Shown here: positions 23,401 through 32,853 of the stretch, in pieces
Layout: each line of letters starts with the position of its first letter
Position numbering within the stretch: position 1 is the first letter of the stretch
Translations under genes and position numbers: made by a program
The notes under the pieces: generated by a model
Told to the model about the DNA's origin: nothing
The model's input: the letters and a program-made list of their open reading frames with translations, nothing else
Databases searched by the model: none
DNA from: an uncultured Prevotellaceae bacterium
Lineage (GTDB): Bacteria; Bacteroidota; Bacteroidia; Bacteroidales; Bacteroidaceae
NCBI GenBank assembly: GCA_946534585.1
Contig: CAMNCV010000048.1
Location: 19,245 to 83,244 of the forward strand
Direction: 5' to 3'
DNA length: 64,000 nucleotides

Positions 23401-24969
23401 TCACTCATCTCACCACCACCTCACCATGACATCTACAGCATCGAGGATCTGGCACAGCTAATCTTCGACCTGAAGAACATCAACCCGACGGCTGCCGTCA
23501 GCGTGAAGCTCGTTGCAGAGAGTGGCGTGGGCACAATAGCCGCTGGTGTGGCAAAGGCAAAGGCCGACCTTATCGTAATCAGCGGTGCCGAGGGCGGCAC
23601 GGGTGCAAGTCCGGCATCGTCAATGCGCTTCGCCGGCATCTCGCCTGAGATAGGATTGGCAGAGACGCAGCAGACGCTCGTAATCAACGGACTTAGAAAT
23701 CAGGTACGCCTGCAGACCGACGGTCAGCTGAAGACTGCCAAGGACGTGGTAATCATGGCTATGCTCGGTGCCGATGAGTTCTCCTTCGGCACACTGCCGC
23801 TGATAGTGCTGGGCTGCGTGATGATGCGTAAGTGTAATACCAACACCTGTCCGATGGGTGTGGCTACGCAAGATGCCGAACTGCGCAAGCACTTCGAGGG
23901 CAAGGCTGACTACGTGGTCAACTTCTTCACCTTCCTTGCAGAGCAGGTGCGCGAATACCTCAGCGAGATTGGCGTTCACAGTCTGAAGGAGATTATCGGT
24001 CGCACAGACCTCATCGAGGTGGATACCACAAATGCTACTGACAAGCAGAAGACGATAGACTTCGGTCGCCTGCTCCACAAGCCCGAGACCGACAAGGCTC
24101 TCTACTGGGATCGTAGCGCCTATACGAAGGTAAGCGGTGTGAAGGATGAGGAAATCATTGCTGCCGCCCAGCATGCCATCGACAGTCAGGAGGAACTGAC
24201 CCTTGACTATACCATACGCAATACCGACCGTGCCGTGACTACCATGCTTTCGGGTGTCATTGCCAAGCGTTACGGCGAACACGGACTGCCCGAGGGCACG
24301 ATAAACATTAAATTCAAGGGTTCTGCCGGACAATCCTTCGGAGCATTTGCCGTAAGCGGAGTCAACCTGCGCCTTGAAGGCGAGGCCAACGACTATTTCG
24401 GCAAGGGTCTCAGCGGCGGACGCATAGCGATACTGCCTCCTTCGCGCTCTGACTTCAAGGCTGAGGAGAATATCATTGCAGGCAACACCGGACTCTATGG
24501 TGCCACCAGCGGACAGCTCTACGTCAACGGCAAGGTGGGCGAGCGCTTCGGAGTACGTAACTCGGGTGCTACGGCCGTCATCGAGGGTGCCGGCGACCAC
24601 TGCTGCGAATATATGACGGGCGGACGCGTCGTCGTGCTCGGCAAGACTGGCAGGAACTTCGCCGCAGGCATGTCAGGCGGTGTGGCTTACGTATATGACC
24701 CCGACCATTCGTTTGACTATTTCTGCAACATGGACATGGTGGAGCTCAGTCTGGTAGAAGACAGCGTAAGCCGCAAGGAACTGCTTGAGCTGATACGTCA
24801 GCACTATCTGCATACGGGCAGTGCACTGGCAGGCCGTATGCTTGATGACTGGCAGCACTGCGTAGAAGACTTCATACAAGTTGTGCCTATAGAATACAAG
24901 CGTGTGCTGCAGGAGGAACAGATGGCAAAGCTGCACGAGAAGATTGCTGACATACAAAGGGATTATTAA
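20422..24969 (+). CDS. gltB: Glutamate synthase large subunit
   Basis: EHDACGVG, HSRFSTNT, EPWDGPA, GAMSFGALS, QGAKPGEGG, CVMMRKCNTNTCPMGV, GXGXG C-terminal domain; 1515 aa. Confidence 0.98.
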   Translation: MTQCKQNNGLYQAEYEHDACGVGMVVNIHGGKSHELVDNALRVLENMEHRGAETRDKTGDGAGIMVQIPHEFILLQGIPVPEKGHYGTGLVFLPKDETAQQQIFSVMIEEIEREGLQLMHVREVPTQPEALGVAAREVEPAIKQVFVTPETNANATDTANDSLVFERTLYKVRKRIENRITDKDFYICSLSNKNIIYKGMLTSGQLRRYFPDLSNQYFTSGLALVHSRFSTNTFPTWSLAQPFRLLAHNGEINTIRGNRGWMKARESVLSSKALGDISDLRPIVQEGMSDSASLDNVFEFLMMSGLSLPQAMAILVPESFNDKNPISDDLKAFYEYHSILMEPWDGPAALLFSDGRYAGGMLDRNGLRPSRYTITKQGMMVVASEVGVMDFEPADVVSKGRLQPGKILLVDTQEGKIYYDGEIKEQLAKAHPYRQWLSENRVQLEKLKSGRKVSNSVNDYEKRLVEFGFGQEDIEKTIVPMATNAQEPVAAMGNDTPLAVISDRPQVFFNYFRQQFAQVTNPAIDPIREELVMSLTEYIGAVGTNILTPDASNCKMVRLPQPVLTNAQLDILCNIRYKGFNTKKIEISFETEKGEEGLRLALDNICKEAEQSVDDGVNYIILTDRDIDDSRAAIPSLLAVSAVHHHLISVQKRVQTALIVESGEIREVMHAALLLGYGASAICPYMTFAVLDNLVKNHKIQEDYATAEAHYIKAVDKGLKKVMSKMGISTIRSYRGAKIFESIGLGEDLLQRYFGTQTSTIGGIGLKEIARDAIRLKEEGKKNEDLSDSSSTSSHSALHSSLKNNGQFSWRKDGILHAWTPDTIANLQIATRLGSYKKFKEWAQLVDEKEKPIFLRDFLGWKRATTPVPLDEVEPVESIVKHFVTGAMSFGALSIEAHEALALAMNRLGARSNTGEGGEDNTRYHSEVDGVSLNSKTKQIASGRFGVTAEYLVNAEEIQIKVAQGAKPGEGGQLPGFKVNDIIAKTRNAIPGISLISPPPHHDIYSIEDLAQLIFDLKNINPTAAVSVKLVAESGVGTIAAGVAKAKADLIVISGAEGGTGASPASSMRFAGISPEIGLAETQQTLVINGLRNQVRLQTDGQLKTAKDVVIMAMLGADEFSFGTLPLIVLGCVMMRKCNTNTCPMGVATQDAELRKHFEGKADYVVNFFTFLAEQVREYLSEIGVHSLKEIIGRTDLIEVDTTNATDKQKTIDFGRLLHKPETDKALYWDRSAYTKVSGVKDEEIIAAAQHAIDSQEELTLDYTIRNTDRAVTTMLSGVIAKRYGEHGLPEGTINIKFKGSAGQSFGAFAVSGVNLRLEGEANDYFGKGLSGGRIAILPPSRSDFKAEENIIAGNTGLYGATSGQLYVNGKVGERFGVRNSGATAVIEGAGDHCCEYMTGGRVVVLGKTGRNFAAGMSGGVAYVYDPDHSFDYFCNMDMVELSLVEDSVSRKELLELIRQHYLHTGSALAGRMLDDWQHCVEDFIQVVPIEYKRVLQEEQMAKLHEKIADIQRDY
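22746..22829. repeat. Degenerate heptamer inverted-repeat element in-frame inside gltB
   Basis: ATTGAAG GAAGAAG G AAAGAAG AATGAAG ... CTTCACA CTCTGCT CTCCACT CCTCACT; peptide ends HSSLK as in the gltD insert. Confidence 0.65.
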
Positions 24970-25065
24970 AATAACGAAATATCGAAATAACGTTATGACG
25001 AAATAACGAATAGGCGTAATATCGAAATAACGTAATATCGAAATATCGAAGAAACGTAATAACGA
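24970..25065. repeat. Octamer tandem array (12 units, consensus AATAWCGW) filling the gltB-gltD spacer
   Basis: AATAACGA AATATCGA AATAACGT TATGACGA ... AATAACGA; CG recurs every 8 nt. Confidence 0.9.
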
Positions 25066-25074
25066 AAAACAACA

Positions 25075-26478
25075 ATGGGAAACCCAAAAGCATTTCTAAC
25101 TATACATCGTCAGGAGGCGGGATACCGCCCTATAAACGACCGCATACACGATTTCGGTGAGGTGGAGCAGACGCTCAATACCCACCAGCGACGTGAACAG
25201 GCCTCACGCTGCATGGACTGCGGCGTGCCATTCTGCCACTGGGCTTGTCCGCTTGGCAATAAGGCACCCGAATGGAATGATGCCTTGTATAAAGGCGATT
25301 GGCAACTTGCTTTCCAGTTGCTCTCTACCACTAACCCCTTCCCTGAGTTTACGGGACGCATCTGTCCGGCACTGTGTGAGAAGGCTTGCGTGCTCAACCG
25401 CTTCAACCATGAGCCTACCACCAACCGCGAAGACGAGTGTGCCATCATCGAGGCGGCTTTCCGCGAGGGATACATACAGCCACGCACCGACATCAAGCGC
25501 AACGGCAAGAAGGTAGCCGTGGTAGGTGCAGGTCCTGCTGGCCTCTCTGCCGCACATTATCTTAACCAGATGGGCTACAGCGTCACCGTACTTGAAAAGA
25601 ACGAGGCTGCTGGCGGACTGCTGCGCTATGGCATCCCTAACTTCAAACTGAATAAGTCGGTCATCGACCGTCGCATAGAGCTGATGGAGCAGGAGGGCAT
25701 AGAGTTCCGCTTTAATGAAGAATTAAGAATTAAGAATGAAGAATTGCCTGCGGATGGAACGGCGGTAGCAGATTCTTCACTCTTCACTCTTCACTCTTCA
25801 CTTAAAGATTATGACGCTGTAGTGATTGCCACCGGAACGCCTACTGCGCGTGACCTCAAGGCTCCCGGCCGCGAACTGAAGGGCGTACACTTCGCCCTTG
25901 AACTGCTCTCACAGCAGAACCGCGTGCTGGCAGGCATGGAGTTCAGCAGCGATGAGCGCATCACCGCCAAAGACAAGGACGTGCTCGTCATCGGTGGCGG
26001 CGACACTGGCAGCGACTGCATAGGCACTGCCCACCGCCAGGGCTGCAAGAGCGTGACGCAGATAGAGATAATGCCGCGCCCCGTTGAGGGACCCGAAGAC
26101 CCGCAGAACCCTTGGCCTAACTGGCCGCGCACGCTGAAGACCACCTCAAGTCATGAGGAGGGCTGCACACGCCGGTGGAACATCAACACGCTGGAGTTCC
26201 TTGGCGAGAACGGCAAACTGACAGGCGTGAAGATACAGCCTATTGACTGGAAGCCAAACCCCGAAGGCGGCAGGCCACTGATGGTAGAGGCTGGCGAACC
26301 CGAGGTTATCAAGGCAGAACTCGTGCTCCTTGCCATGGGTTTCCTCAAACCAGAGCATCCTGAGTATCCTGACAACGTATTCATCTGCGGCGATGCCGCC
26401 AATGGTGCAAGCCTCGTGGTGCGTGCCATGGCAAGCGGCCGTGATGCGGCAAAGAAGGTTAACGAATACCTCGTGTAA
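25075..26478 (+). CDS. gltD: Glutamate synthase small subunit
   Basis: RCMDCGVPFCHWACP, TGRICPALCE, VVGAGPAG, VIGGGDTGSDC, GASLVVRA. Confidence 0.97.
   Translation: MGNPKAFLTIHRQEAGYRPINDRIHDFGEVEQTLNTHQRREQASRCMDCGVPFCHWACPLGNKAPEWNDALYKGDWQLAFQLLSTTNPFPEFTGRICPALCEKACVLNRFNHEPTTNREDECAIIEAAFREGYIQPRTDIKRNGKKVAVVGAGPAGLSAAHYLNQMGYSVTVLEKNEAAGGLLRYGIPNFKLNKSVIDRRIELMEQEGIEFRFNEELRIKNEELPADGTAVADSSLFTLHSSLKDYDAVVIATGTPTARDLKAPGRELKGVHFALELLSQQNRVLAGMEFSSDERITAKDKDVLVIGGGDTGSDCIGTAHRQGCKSVTQIEIMPRPVEGPEDPQNPWPNWPRTLKTTSSHEEGCTRRWNINTLEFLGENGKLTGVKIQPIDWKPNPEGGRPLMVEAGEPEVIKAELVLLAMGFLKPEHPEYPDNVFICGDAANGASLVVRAMASGRDAAKKVNEYLV
25711..25806. repeat. Heptamer inverted-repeat element (96 bp) in-frame inside gltD
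   Basis: TTT AATGAAG AATTAAG AATTAAG AATGAAG AAT ... ATT (CTTCACT)x4 TAAA. Confidence 0.88.
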
Positions 26479-26509
26479 ATAAAAACAGTGATATAAGTAG
26501 GTGTGCATA

Positions 26510-26547
26510 ATTTTTATAATAAATCACCATTTTTATAATAAATCACC
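26510..26547. repeat. Perfect 19-bp tandem duplication
   Basis: ATTTTTATAATAAATCACC twice. Confidence 0.85.
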
Positions 26548-26602
26548 ATCACACTCCAACCATGCCGGATATGCGCATCGGTTGGAGTGTGATGTTTTAT
26601 TT
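26547..26602 (+). terminator. Intrinsic terminator after gltD
   Basis: CATCACACTCCAACC / GGTTGGAGTGTGATG 15-bp stem then TTTTATTT. Confidence 0.75.
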
Positions 26603-26761
26603 GTCATGCACTGAACCCCTAATTATCACTCCGTTTTGACACTTTGACAACACAACAGCCGATTTTTTGCATAAATGACAACAGAAAGCAAGAAAAATGT
26701 ATGTAATTGTTTACAAATCGGCATGAGTTTATAGGAATATAAAACAAAAAGTCAAAAATAT

Positions 26762-26792
26762 TTTGTTATTTCTGACTTTTTGTTTAACTTTG
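26762..26792 (+). promoter_or_regulatory. Promoter for dapF-dapL-glnA
   Basis: TTTG - 19 nt - TAACTTTG, overlapped by an 18/19-bp inverted repeat. Confidence 0.7.
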
Positions 26793-26841
26793 CATCGAAA
26801 TAATAATAAAAAGGATAACCCAACACGAAAACAGTAGCAAA

Positions 26842-27660
26842 ATGGCAGAGAAAGTAAAGTTTACGAAGATGCACGGTTGCGGCAACGACTACATATACGT
26901 TGACCTGACGCGCGAGACGATTGCCGACCCCAGTGTGGCTGCCATACTCTGGAGCGACCGCCACAAGGGAATAGGCTCTGACGGACTGGTGTTGATAGAC
27001 CGTTCTGCCACGGCAGAGGCCGATTTCTCCATGCGCATCTTCAACGCCGACGGTTCTGAGGCCATGATGTGTGGCAATGCAAGTCGCTGCATAGGCAAGT
27101 ATCTGTATGAGAGGGGACTGACAACACAAACACAAATACGTCTGCACACGCTCTCAGGCATCAAGGTGCTCACGCTGCACCTTGCGCCCGGGGGCACAGT
27201 AGAAAGCGTGACGGTAGATATGGGCGAACCCGTGTTCGAGAGCAGCAGCCAGTATGACGCGCAGAAGGCCGACGGCCTCGACGGCACGTTCGTATCCATG
27301 GGCAATCCCCACTACGTCATCTTCACCGACGACGTGGAGCAGGTAGGACAGAGAGGACCGCAGTTGGAATGTCACGAAGCCTTTCCGCAGCGCTGCAACA
27401 TAGAGTTTGCCAGAATCCAGTCTGACGGCATCCGCACCCGCGTATGGGAGCGTGGCAGCGGCATCACCATGGCCTGCGGCACGGGAGCCTGCGCCACGGC
27501 AGTGGCTGCCATGAAGTCAGGCAGAGTGCGAGGTCGCGAGGCAGAGATACTGATGGACGGTGGCACGCTCCGTATAGAATGGCGCAAGGATGACAACCAC
27601 GTATATATGACTGGAGGAGCAGACTTCGTATTCGATGGAGAAATAAGTAGGTGTATATAG
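26842..27660 (+). CDS. dapF: Diaminopimelate epimerase
   Basis: [50 protein letters not shown]. Confidence 0.96.
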   Translation: MAEKVKFTKMHGCGNDYIYVDLTRETIADPSVAAILWSDRHKGIGSDGLVLIDRSATAEADFSMRIFNADGSEAMMCGNASRCIGKYLYERGLTTQTQIRLHTLSGIKVLTLHLAPGGTVESVTVDMGEPVFESSSQYDAQKADGLDGTFVSMGNPHYVIFTDDVEQVGQRGPQLECHEAFPQRCNIEFARIQSDGIRTRVWERGSGITMACGTGACATAVAAMKSGRVRGREAEILMDGGTLRIEWRKDDNHVYMTGGADFVFDGEISRCI

Positions 27661-27673
27661 AATTGTAAATAAT

Positions 27674-28909
27674 ATGGCATTAGTTAACACACACTTCCTC
27701 AATCTGCAAAGCAACTATTTGTTTGCCGACATAGCAAAGAAGGTGAAGGCCTTCAAGGTGACACATCCAGGCGTCAACGTGATATCGCTGGGCATTGGCG
27801 ACGTCACTCAGCCTCTGTGTCCTGCCGTGACAGAAGCCATGCACAAGGCCGTAGATGAGATGGCCACGGCTGATTCCTTCCGCGGCTACGGTCCGGAACA
27901 GGGCTATGAATTCCTGCGCGAGGCCATACTGAAGAATGACTTCCTGCCACGAGGCATACACCTCGACATCGACGAGGTATTCATCAACGACGGTGCAAAG
28001 TCTGACACGGGTAATTTCCAAGAGCTGCTCCACTGGGACAACTTCATCGGTGTGACCGACCCGGTATATCCCGTATATGTAGATTCCAACGTGATGATAG
28101 GTCGCTGTGGCACGTTTGAGGACGGTCGCTGGACCAAGGTGCGCTATCTGCCCACAACGGCAGAGAACGGCTTTGTGCCGCAGATACCGAAAGACCGTCA
28201 CGTTGACGTGATATACCTGTGCTACCCTAACAACCCCACTGGCACGGTAATCACCAAGGAGGAGTTGCGCAAGTGGGTGAACTACGCACTGAAGCACGAT
28301 GCCCTGATACTCTATGATGCAGCCTACGAGGCCTATATACAAGACCCCGCCATACCACATAGCATCTATGAGATACGCGGAGCGAGGAAATGCGCCGTGG
28401 AGTTCCACAGCTACTCCAAGACTGCCGGTTTCACTGGCATACGCTGCGGCTACACCATAGTGCCTAAGGAAGTCACCGTGGCCGACTTCGACGGTGAGCG
28501 CGTGCCGCTCAACCAGTTGTGGCTGCGCCGCCAGTGTACCAAGTTTAACGGCACGAGCTACGTATCGCAGCGTGCAGCCGAGGCAATCTATTCGCCCGAA
28601 GGCAAGGAACAGATACGCCAGACCATCGGCTACTACATGGACAATGCCCGCAGGATGCTTACCACGCTGCGCTCGCTGGGCTACGAGTGCTACGGCGGAG
28701 AGAATGCACCATATATATGGATGAAGACCCAGGGCGGACAAGGCTCATGGCAGTTCTTTGAGGAACTGCTCTACGGCGTGGGCGTGGTATGCACGCCAGG
28801 CGTGGGGTTCGGTCCCTCGGGCGAGGGATACGTAAGGCTTACCGCCTTCGGTACCCGCGAGAATACCGACGAGGCTCTGCGCCGCATAGAGAAATGGACC
28901 AAGGCATAA
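27674..28909 (+). CDS. dapL: LL-diaminopimelate aminotransferase
   Basis: YLFADI, LGIGDVTQP, GYGPEQG, DGAKSD, PNNPTG, SYSKTAGFTGIRCG. Confidence 0.95.
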   Translation: MALVNTHFLNLQSNYLFADIAKKVKAFKVTHPGVNVISLGIGDVTQPLCPAVTEAMHKAVDEMATADSFRGYGPEQGYEFLREAILKNDFLPRGIHLDIDEVFINDGAKSDTGNFQELLHWDNFIGVTDPVYPVYVDSNVMIGRCGTFEDGRWTKVRYLPTTAENGFVPQIPKDRHVDVIYLCYPNNPTGTVITKEELRKWVNYALKHDALILYDAAYEAYIQDPAIPHSIYEIRGARKCAVEFHSYSKTAGFTGIRCGYTIVPKEVTVADFDGERVPLNQLWLRRQCTKFNGTSYVSQRAAEAIYSPEGKEQIRQTIGYYMDNARRMLTTLRSLGYECYGGENAPYIWMKTQGGQGSWQFFEELLYGVGVVCTPGVGFGPSGEGYVRLTAFGTRENTDEALRRIEKWTKA

Positions 28910-28967
28910 GACTGGGAGAGACAAAAGGAGACAACACGATACACAAACACAAAATCACAACAAGATT

Positions 28968-31184
28968 ATGGAAAAACTAAGATTTCAGGTAGTGGGCGAA
29001 GCCTTCAAGAAGAAGCCGCTCGACGTAGTGATGCCAACGGAGCGTCCGTATGAATACTTCGCAAGCAAGGTATTCAACCGCGAGAAGATGTATAAATACC
29101 TGCCAAAGGGAGTGTATGACCAGATGATTGACGTGATGGACAACGGCGCACGCCTTGACCGCAAGGTGGCAGATGCTGTTGCTATGGGCATGATGCAGTG
29201 GGCGAAGGAACAGGGTGTGACCCACTACACCCACTGGTTTCAGCCACTGACCGAAGGCACTGCCGAGAAGCACGACTCCTTCGTGGAGCACGACGGCAAG
29301 GGCGGTATGATAGAGGAGTTCTCCGGAAAACTGCTCGTGCAGCAGGAGCCTGACGCATCCAGTTTTCCATCAGGCGGCATACGCGCCACGTTTGAGGCAC
29401 GCGGCTACTCTGCCTGGGATCCTACATCACCCGTATTCATAATCGATGACACACTGTGCATCCCAACCGTGTTCATCTCTTACACCGGCGAGGCTCTCGA
29501 CTATAAGGCTCCACTGCTGCGCGCACTGAAGGCCGTCAACGTGGCTGCCACTGAGGTATGCCAGTATTTCGACCCCGAGGTGAAGAAGGTAACATCAAAC
29601 CTGGGTTGGGAACAGGAATACTTCCTCGTTGACGAGGGCTTGTATGCCGCACGCCCTGACCTCCTGCTGACAGGTCGCACGCTGATGGGACACGACTCTG
29701 CGAAGAACCAGCAGATGGACGACCACTACTTCGGCTCCATCCCTGAGCGCGTGGCTGCTTTCATGCGCGACCTCGAGATACAGGCTCTGGAACTCGGCAT
29801 ACCATGCAAGACACGCCACAACGAGGTGGCTCCTAACCAGTTTGAGCTGGCTCCTATCTTTGAGGAGACCAACCTGGCCGTTGACCATAACATGCTGCTC
29901 ATGTCGCTCATGAAGCGCGTGGCACGCAAGCACGGCTTCCGCGCCTTGCTCCACGAGAAACCTTTTGCCGGCATCAACGGCAGCGGTAAGCACAACAACT
30001 GGTCGCTTTCCACGGATACCGGCGTGCTGCTCCACGCTCCGGGCAAGACACCTGAGCAGAACCTGCGCTTCGCCGTGTTCATCGTTGAGACGCTGATGGG
30101 CGTATATAAGCACAACGGTCTCTTGAAGGCTTCAATCATGTCGGCTACCAACGCCCACCGCCTTGGTGCCAACGAGGCTCCTCCGGCAATCATTTCGTCA
30201 TTCCTCGGCAAGCAACTGACGGAACTGCTCGACCATATCGAGATGGCTGACAAGGATGATATCTTCCACATGGACGGCAAGCAGGGCATGAAGATGGACA
30301 TACCTGAGATACCAGAGCTCTTCATTGACAACACTGACAGAAACCGCACGTCGCCGTTTGCCTTCACAGGAAACAGGTTTGAGTTCCGCGCCGTGGGTTC
30401 GGAGGCCAACTGTGCCAGTGCGATGATTGCACTGAACTCTGCCGTAGCCGAGGCATTGGCTGACTTCAAGAAACGCGTGGATGCACGCATAGCCGTGACA
30501 GAGAAGCAGTTTGAGGGCACTGGCCACACTGCCAAGTACCACGCCATCATCGACATATTACGTGAAGACATAAAGACCTGTAAGCCTATCCGCTTCGACG
30601 GCAACGGCTACAGCGATGAATGGGTGGAAGAGGCTACACGCCGCGGACTCGACGTAGAGAAATCTTGTCCGGTTATCTTCGAGCGCTATCTCGACAAGGA
30701 GAGCATCCAGATGTTTGAGAGCCTCGGCGTAATGACGAAGAAGGAGCTGGAGGCCCGCAACGAAGTGAAGTGGGAGACCTACACGAAGAAGATACAGATA
30801 GAGGCCCGCGTACTCGGCGACCTGTCGATGAACCACATCATTCCCGTGGCTACGCGCTACCAGACCGAACTGCTTCACAACGTGGAGCACATGACTGCCG
30901 CCTTCACCAAGGAAAAAGCACAGCTGCTCTCTGCACGCAACGTGAAAATCATTGAGGAGATTGCCGAGCGCATCAGCAGCATAGAGCGTATGGTGGAGGA
31001 ACTCGTAGAGGCTCGCAAGGCTGCCAACAAGATAGAGAGCGAACACGAGAAGGCCATCGCCTACCACGACACCGTGGAGCCGAAGCTCGACGATATACGC
31101 TACCAGATTGACAAGCTGGAACTCACCGTCGATGACTCTCTGTGGCCTCTGCCTAAGTATCGCGAACTGCTGTTCATTAGATGA
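28968..31184 (+). CDS. glnA: Glutamine synthetase type III
   Basis: HWFQPLTEGTAEKHDSF, EPDASSFPSGG, HNEVAPNQFE, NGSGKHNNWS, DRNRTSPFAFTGNRFEFRA; 738 aa. Confidence 0.96.
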   Translation: MEKLRFQVVGEAFKKKPLDVVMPTERPYEYFASKVFNREKMYKYLPKGVYDQMIDVMDNGARLDRKVADAVAMGMMQWAKEQGVTHYTHWFQPLTEGTAEKHDSFVEHDGKGGMIEEFSGKLLVQQEPDASSFPSGGIRATFEARGYSAWDPTSPVFIIDDTLCIPTVFISYTGEALDYKAPLLRALKAVNVAATEVCQYFDPEVKKVTSNLGWEQEYFLVDEGLYAARPDLLLTGRTLMGHDSAKNQQMDDHYFGSIPERVAAFMRDLEIQALELGIPCKTRHNEVAPNQFELAPIFEETNLAVDHNMLLMSLMKRVARKHGFRALLHEKPFAGINGSGKHNNWSLSTDTGVLLHAPGKTPEQNLRFAVFIVETLMGVYKHNGLLKASIMSATNAHRLGANEAPPAIISSFLGKQLTELLDHIEMADKDDIFHMDGKQGMKMDIPEIPELFIDNTDRNRTSPFAFTGNRFEFRAVGSEANCASAMIALNSAVAEALADFKKRVDARIAVTEKQFEGTGHTAKYHAIIDILREDIKTCKPIRFDGNGYSDEWVEEATRRGLDVEKSCPVIFERYLDKESIQMFESLGVMTKKELEARNEVKWETYTKKIQIEARVLGDLSMNHIIPVATRYQTELLHNVEHMTAAFTKEKAQLLSARNVKIIEEIAERISSIERMVEELVEARKAANKIESEHEKAIAYHDTVEPKLDDIRYQIDKLELTVDDSLWPLPKYRELLFIR

Positions 31185-31245
31185 TTATAGTTTTCCCTGA
31201 CCATAGCCATTTGGTCTCATGCACTCCCTGAGTGCAACTCAACTT

Positions 31246-31282
31246 ATGGAGCCCGCCAGTGATGGCAGGCTTCATTTTTTTT
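31246..31282 (+). terminator. Intrinsic terminator after glnA
   Basis: ATGGAGCCCGCCA gtga TGGCAGGCTTCAT then T-run. Confidence 0.8.
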
Positions 31283-31293
31283 ACACATGAAAA

Positions 31294-31325
31294 TTTGCAC
31301 GATTGCAGAATAATTGCTAACTTTG
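31294..31325 (+). promoter_or_regulatory. Promoter for argH
   Basis: TTTG - 20 nt - TAACTTTG. Confidence 0.7.
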
Positions 31326-31334
31326 CATTTGGAT

Positions 31335-31388
31335 TAATCAGATTTCTCCGAGTACTCGGAATATTCGGATTACTCTGATTACTCCGAC
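31335..31388. repeat. Nonamer tandem array (6 units) in the argH leader
   Basis: TAATCAGAT TTCTCCGAG TACTCGGAA TATTCGGAT TACTCTGAT TACTCCGAC. Confidence 0.75.
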
Positions 31389-31413
31389 AACCATAAAAAA
31401 CAATTATAAAATA

Positions 31414-32748
31414 ATGAAACTCTGGTCAAAAGGATTTGAGATAAACAAGGAGATAGAGCGCTTCACCGTGGGCAGAGACCGCGAGATGGACCTCTATCTG
31501 GCTAAGTACGACGTAATGGGCTCCATGGCTCATATCACCATGCTCAACAGCATCGGTCTCATTGCCGATGACGAACTGCCGGTGCTGCTTAAGGAATTGC
31601 GCAAAATCTACGACATTGCCGACCGCGGCGAGTTCGTAATCGAGGACGACATCGAGGACGTACACTCTCAGGTAGAGCTGATGCTCACACGCGCACTGGG
31701 CGATATGGGCAAGAAAATTCACTCCGGTCGCTCACGCAACGACCAGGTGCTGGTTGACCTCAAACTGTTCACACGCGCCCGTCTGCGCGAGGTCGTTGGC
31801 GAGGTGAAGACTCTCTTTGACGAACTCCAGCAGCAGAGCGAGGCTACGAAAGATGTGCTGATGCCTGGTTATACCCACCTGCAGATTGCCATGCCGTCAA
31901 GCTTCGGACTGTGGTTTGGCGCTTACGCCGAGTCGCTGACCGACGATATGCTCTACCTGCAGGCGGCTTACAAGATGACCAACCGCAACCCTCTGGGCTC
32001 TGCGGCAGGATATGGCTCTTCGTTCCCGCTCAACCGTCAGATGACCACCGACCTGCTGGGCTTCGACACGATGAATTACAACGTGGTATATGCACAGATG
32101 GGCAGAGGCAAGATGGAGCGCAACGTAGCCTTCTCCATTGCCGGACTGGCCGGCACGCTGGCCAAGATGGCTTTTGATGCCTGCCTGTTTAACTCACAGA
32201 ACTTCCAGTTCGTGAAACTGCCAAAGGAGTGTACCACGGGCTCAAGCATCATGCCGCATAAGAAGAACCCTGACGTGTTTGAGCTGATTCGTGCCAAGTG
32301 TAACAAGCTGCAGTCACTGCCTACGCAGGTGACGCTGATTCAGAACAACCTGCCATGCGGTTATTTCCGCGACCTGCAGATAATAAAGGAGGTGTTCCTG
32401 CCTGCCTTCGACGAACTGCTCGACTGCCTGCGCATGACGGCCTATATAATCAATAAGATGGAGGTGCGCCGCGACATACTCGACAATCCGATGTATGACG
32501 CCATCTTCTCCGTGGAAGAGGTCAACCGTCTGACTACGGAGGGTATGCCGTTCCGCGATGCCTACAAGAAGGTGGGACTGGACATCGAGGCTGGCAACTT
32601 CACTCCGAACAAGAACATACACCACACCCACGAAGGCTCCATCGGCAACCTCTGCAACGACCGCATCGCTGCCCTTATGCAGCAGACACTCGACGGGTTC
32701 CATTTCGAGCGCGTTGACGAGGCTGAGCGCCGACTGCTGGGTAAGTAA
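31414..32748 (+). CDS. argH: Argininosuccinate lyase
   Basis: EDVH, HSGRSRNDQV, MPGYTHLQ, TGSSIMPHKKNPD. Confidence 0.96.
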   Translation: MKLWSKGFEINKEIERFTVGRDREMDLYLAKYDVMGSMAHITMLNSIGLIADDELPVLLKELRKIYDIADRGEFVIEDDIEDVHSQVELMLTRALGDMGKKIHSGRSRNDQVLVDLKLFTRARLREVVGEVKTLFDELQQQSEATKDVLMPGYTHLQIAMPSSFGLWFGAYAESLTDDMLYLQAAYKMTNRNPLGSAAGYGSSFPLNRQMTTDLLGFDTMNYNVVYAQMGRGKMERNVAFSIAGLAGTLAKMAFDACLFNSQNFQFVKLPKECTTGSSIMPHKKNPDVFELIRAKCNKLQSLPTQVTLIQNNLPCGYFRDLQIIKEVFLPAFDELLDCLRMTAYIINKMEVRRDILDNPMYDAIFSVEEVNRLTTEGMPFRDAYKKVGLDIEAGNFTPNKNIHHTHEGSIGNLCNDRIAALMQQTLDGFHFERVDEAERRLLGK

Positions 32749-32829
32749 CAGCTATCTGATTAGGGTGTAATAGCATTGTCTTTACCGCATAATCAGTATC
32801 TGATTACACGGAAAAGACAATGCTATTAC
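32745..32829. repeat. 22-bp-period quasi-palindromic array (4 units)
   Basis: GTAACAGCTATCTGATTAG ggt GTAATAGCATTGTCTTTAC cgc ATAATCAGTATCTGATTAC acg GAAAAGACAATGCTATTAC. Confidence 0.85.
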
Positions 32830-32853
32830 TCATACATAACCAAAAGACTGAAT

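Noticed and set aside
26500-26528. dif site (GGTGTGCATAA resembles the E. coli XerC arm)
   Set aside because: The XerD arm does not match TTATGTTAAAT, and the sequence runs into a local 19-bp duplication.
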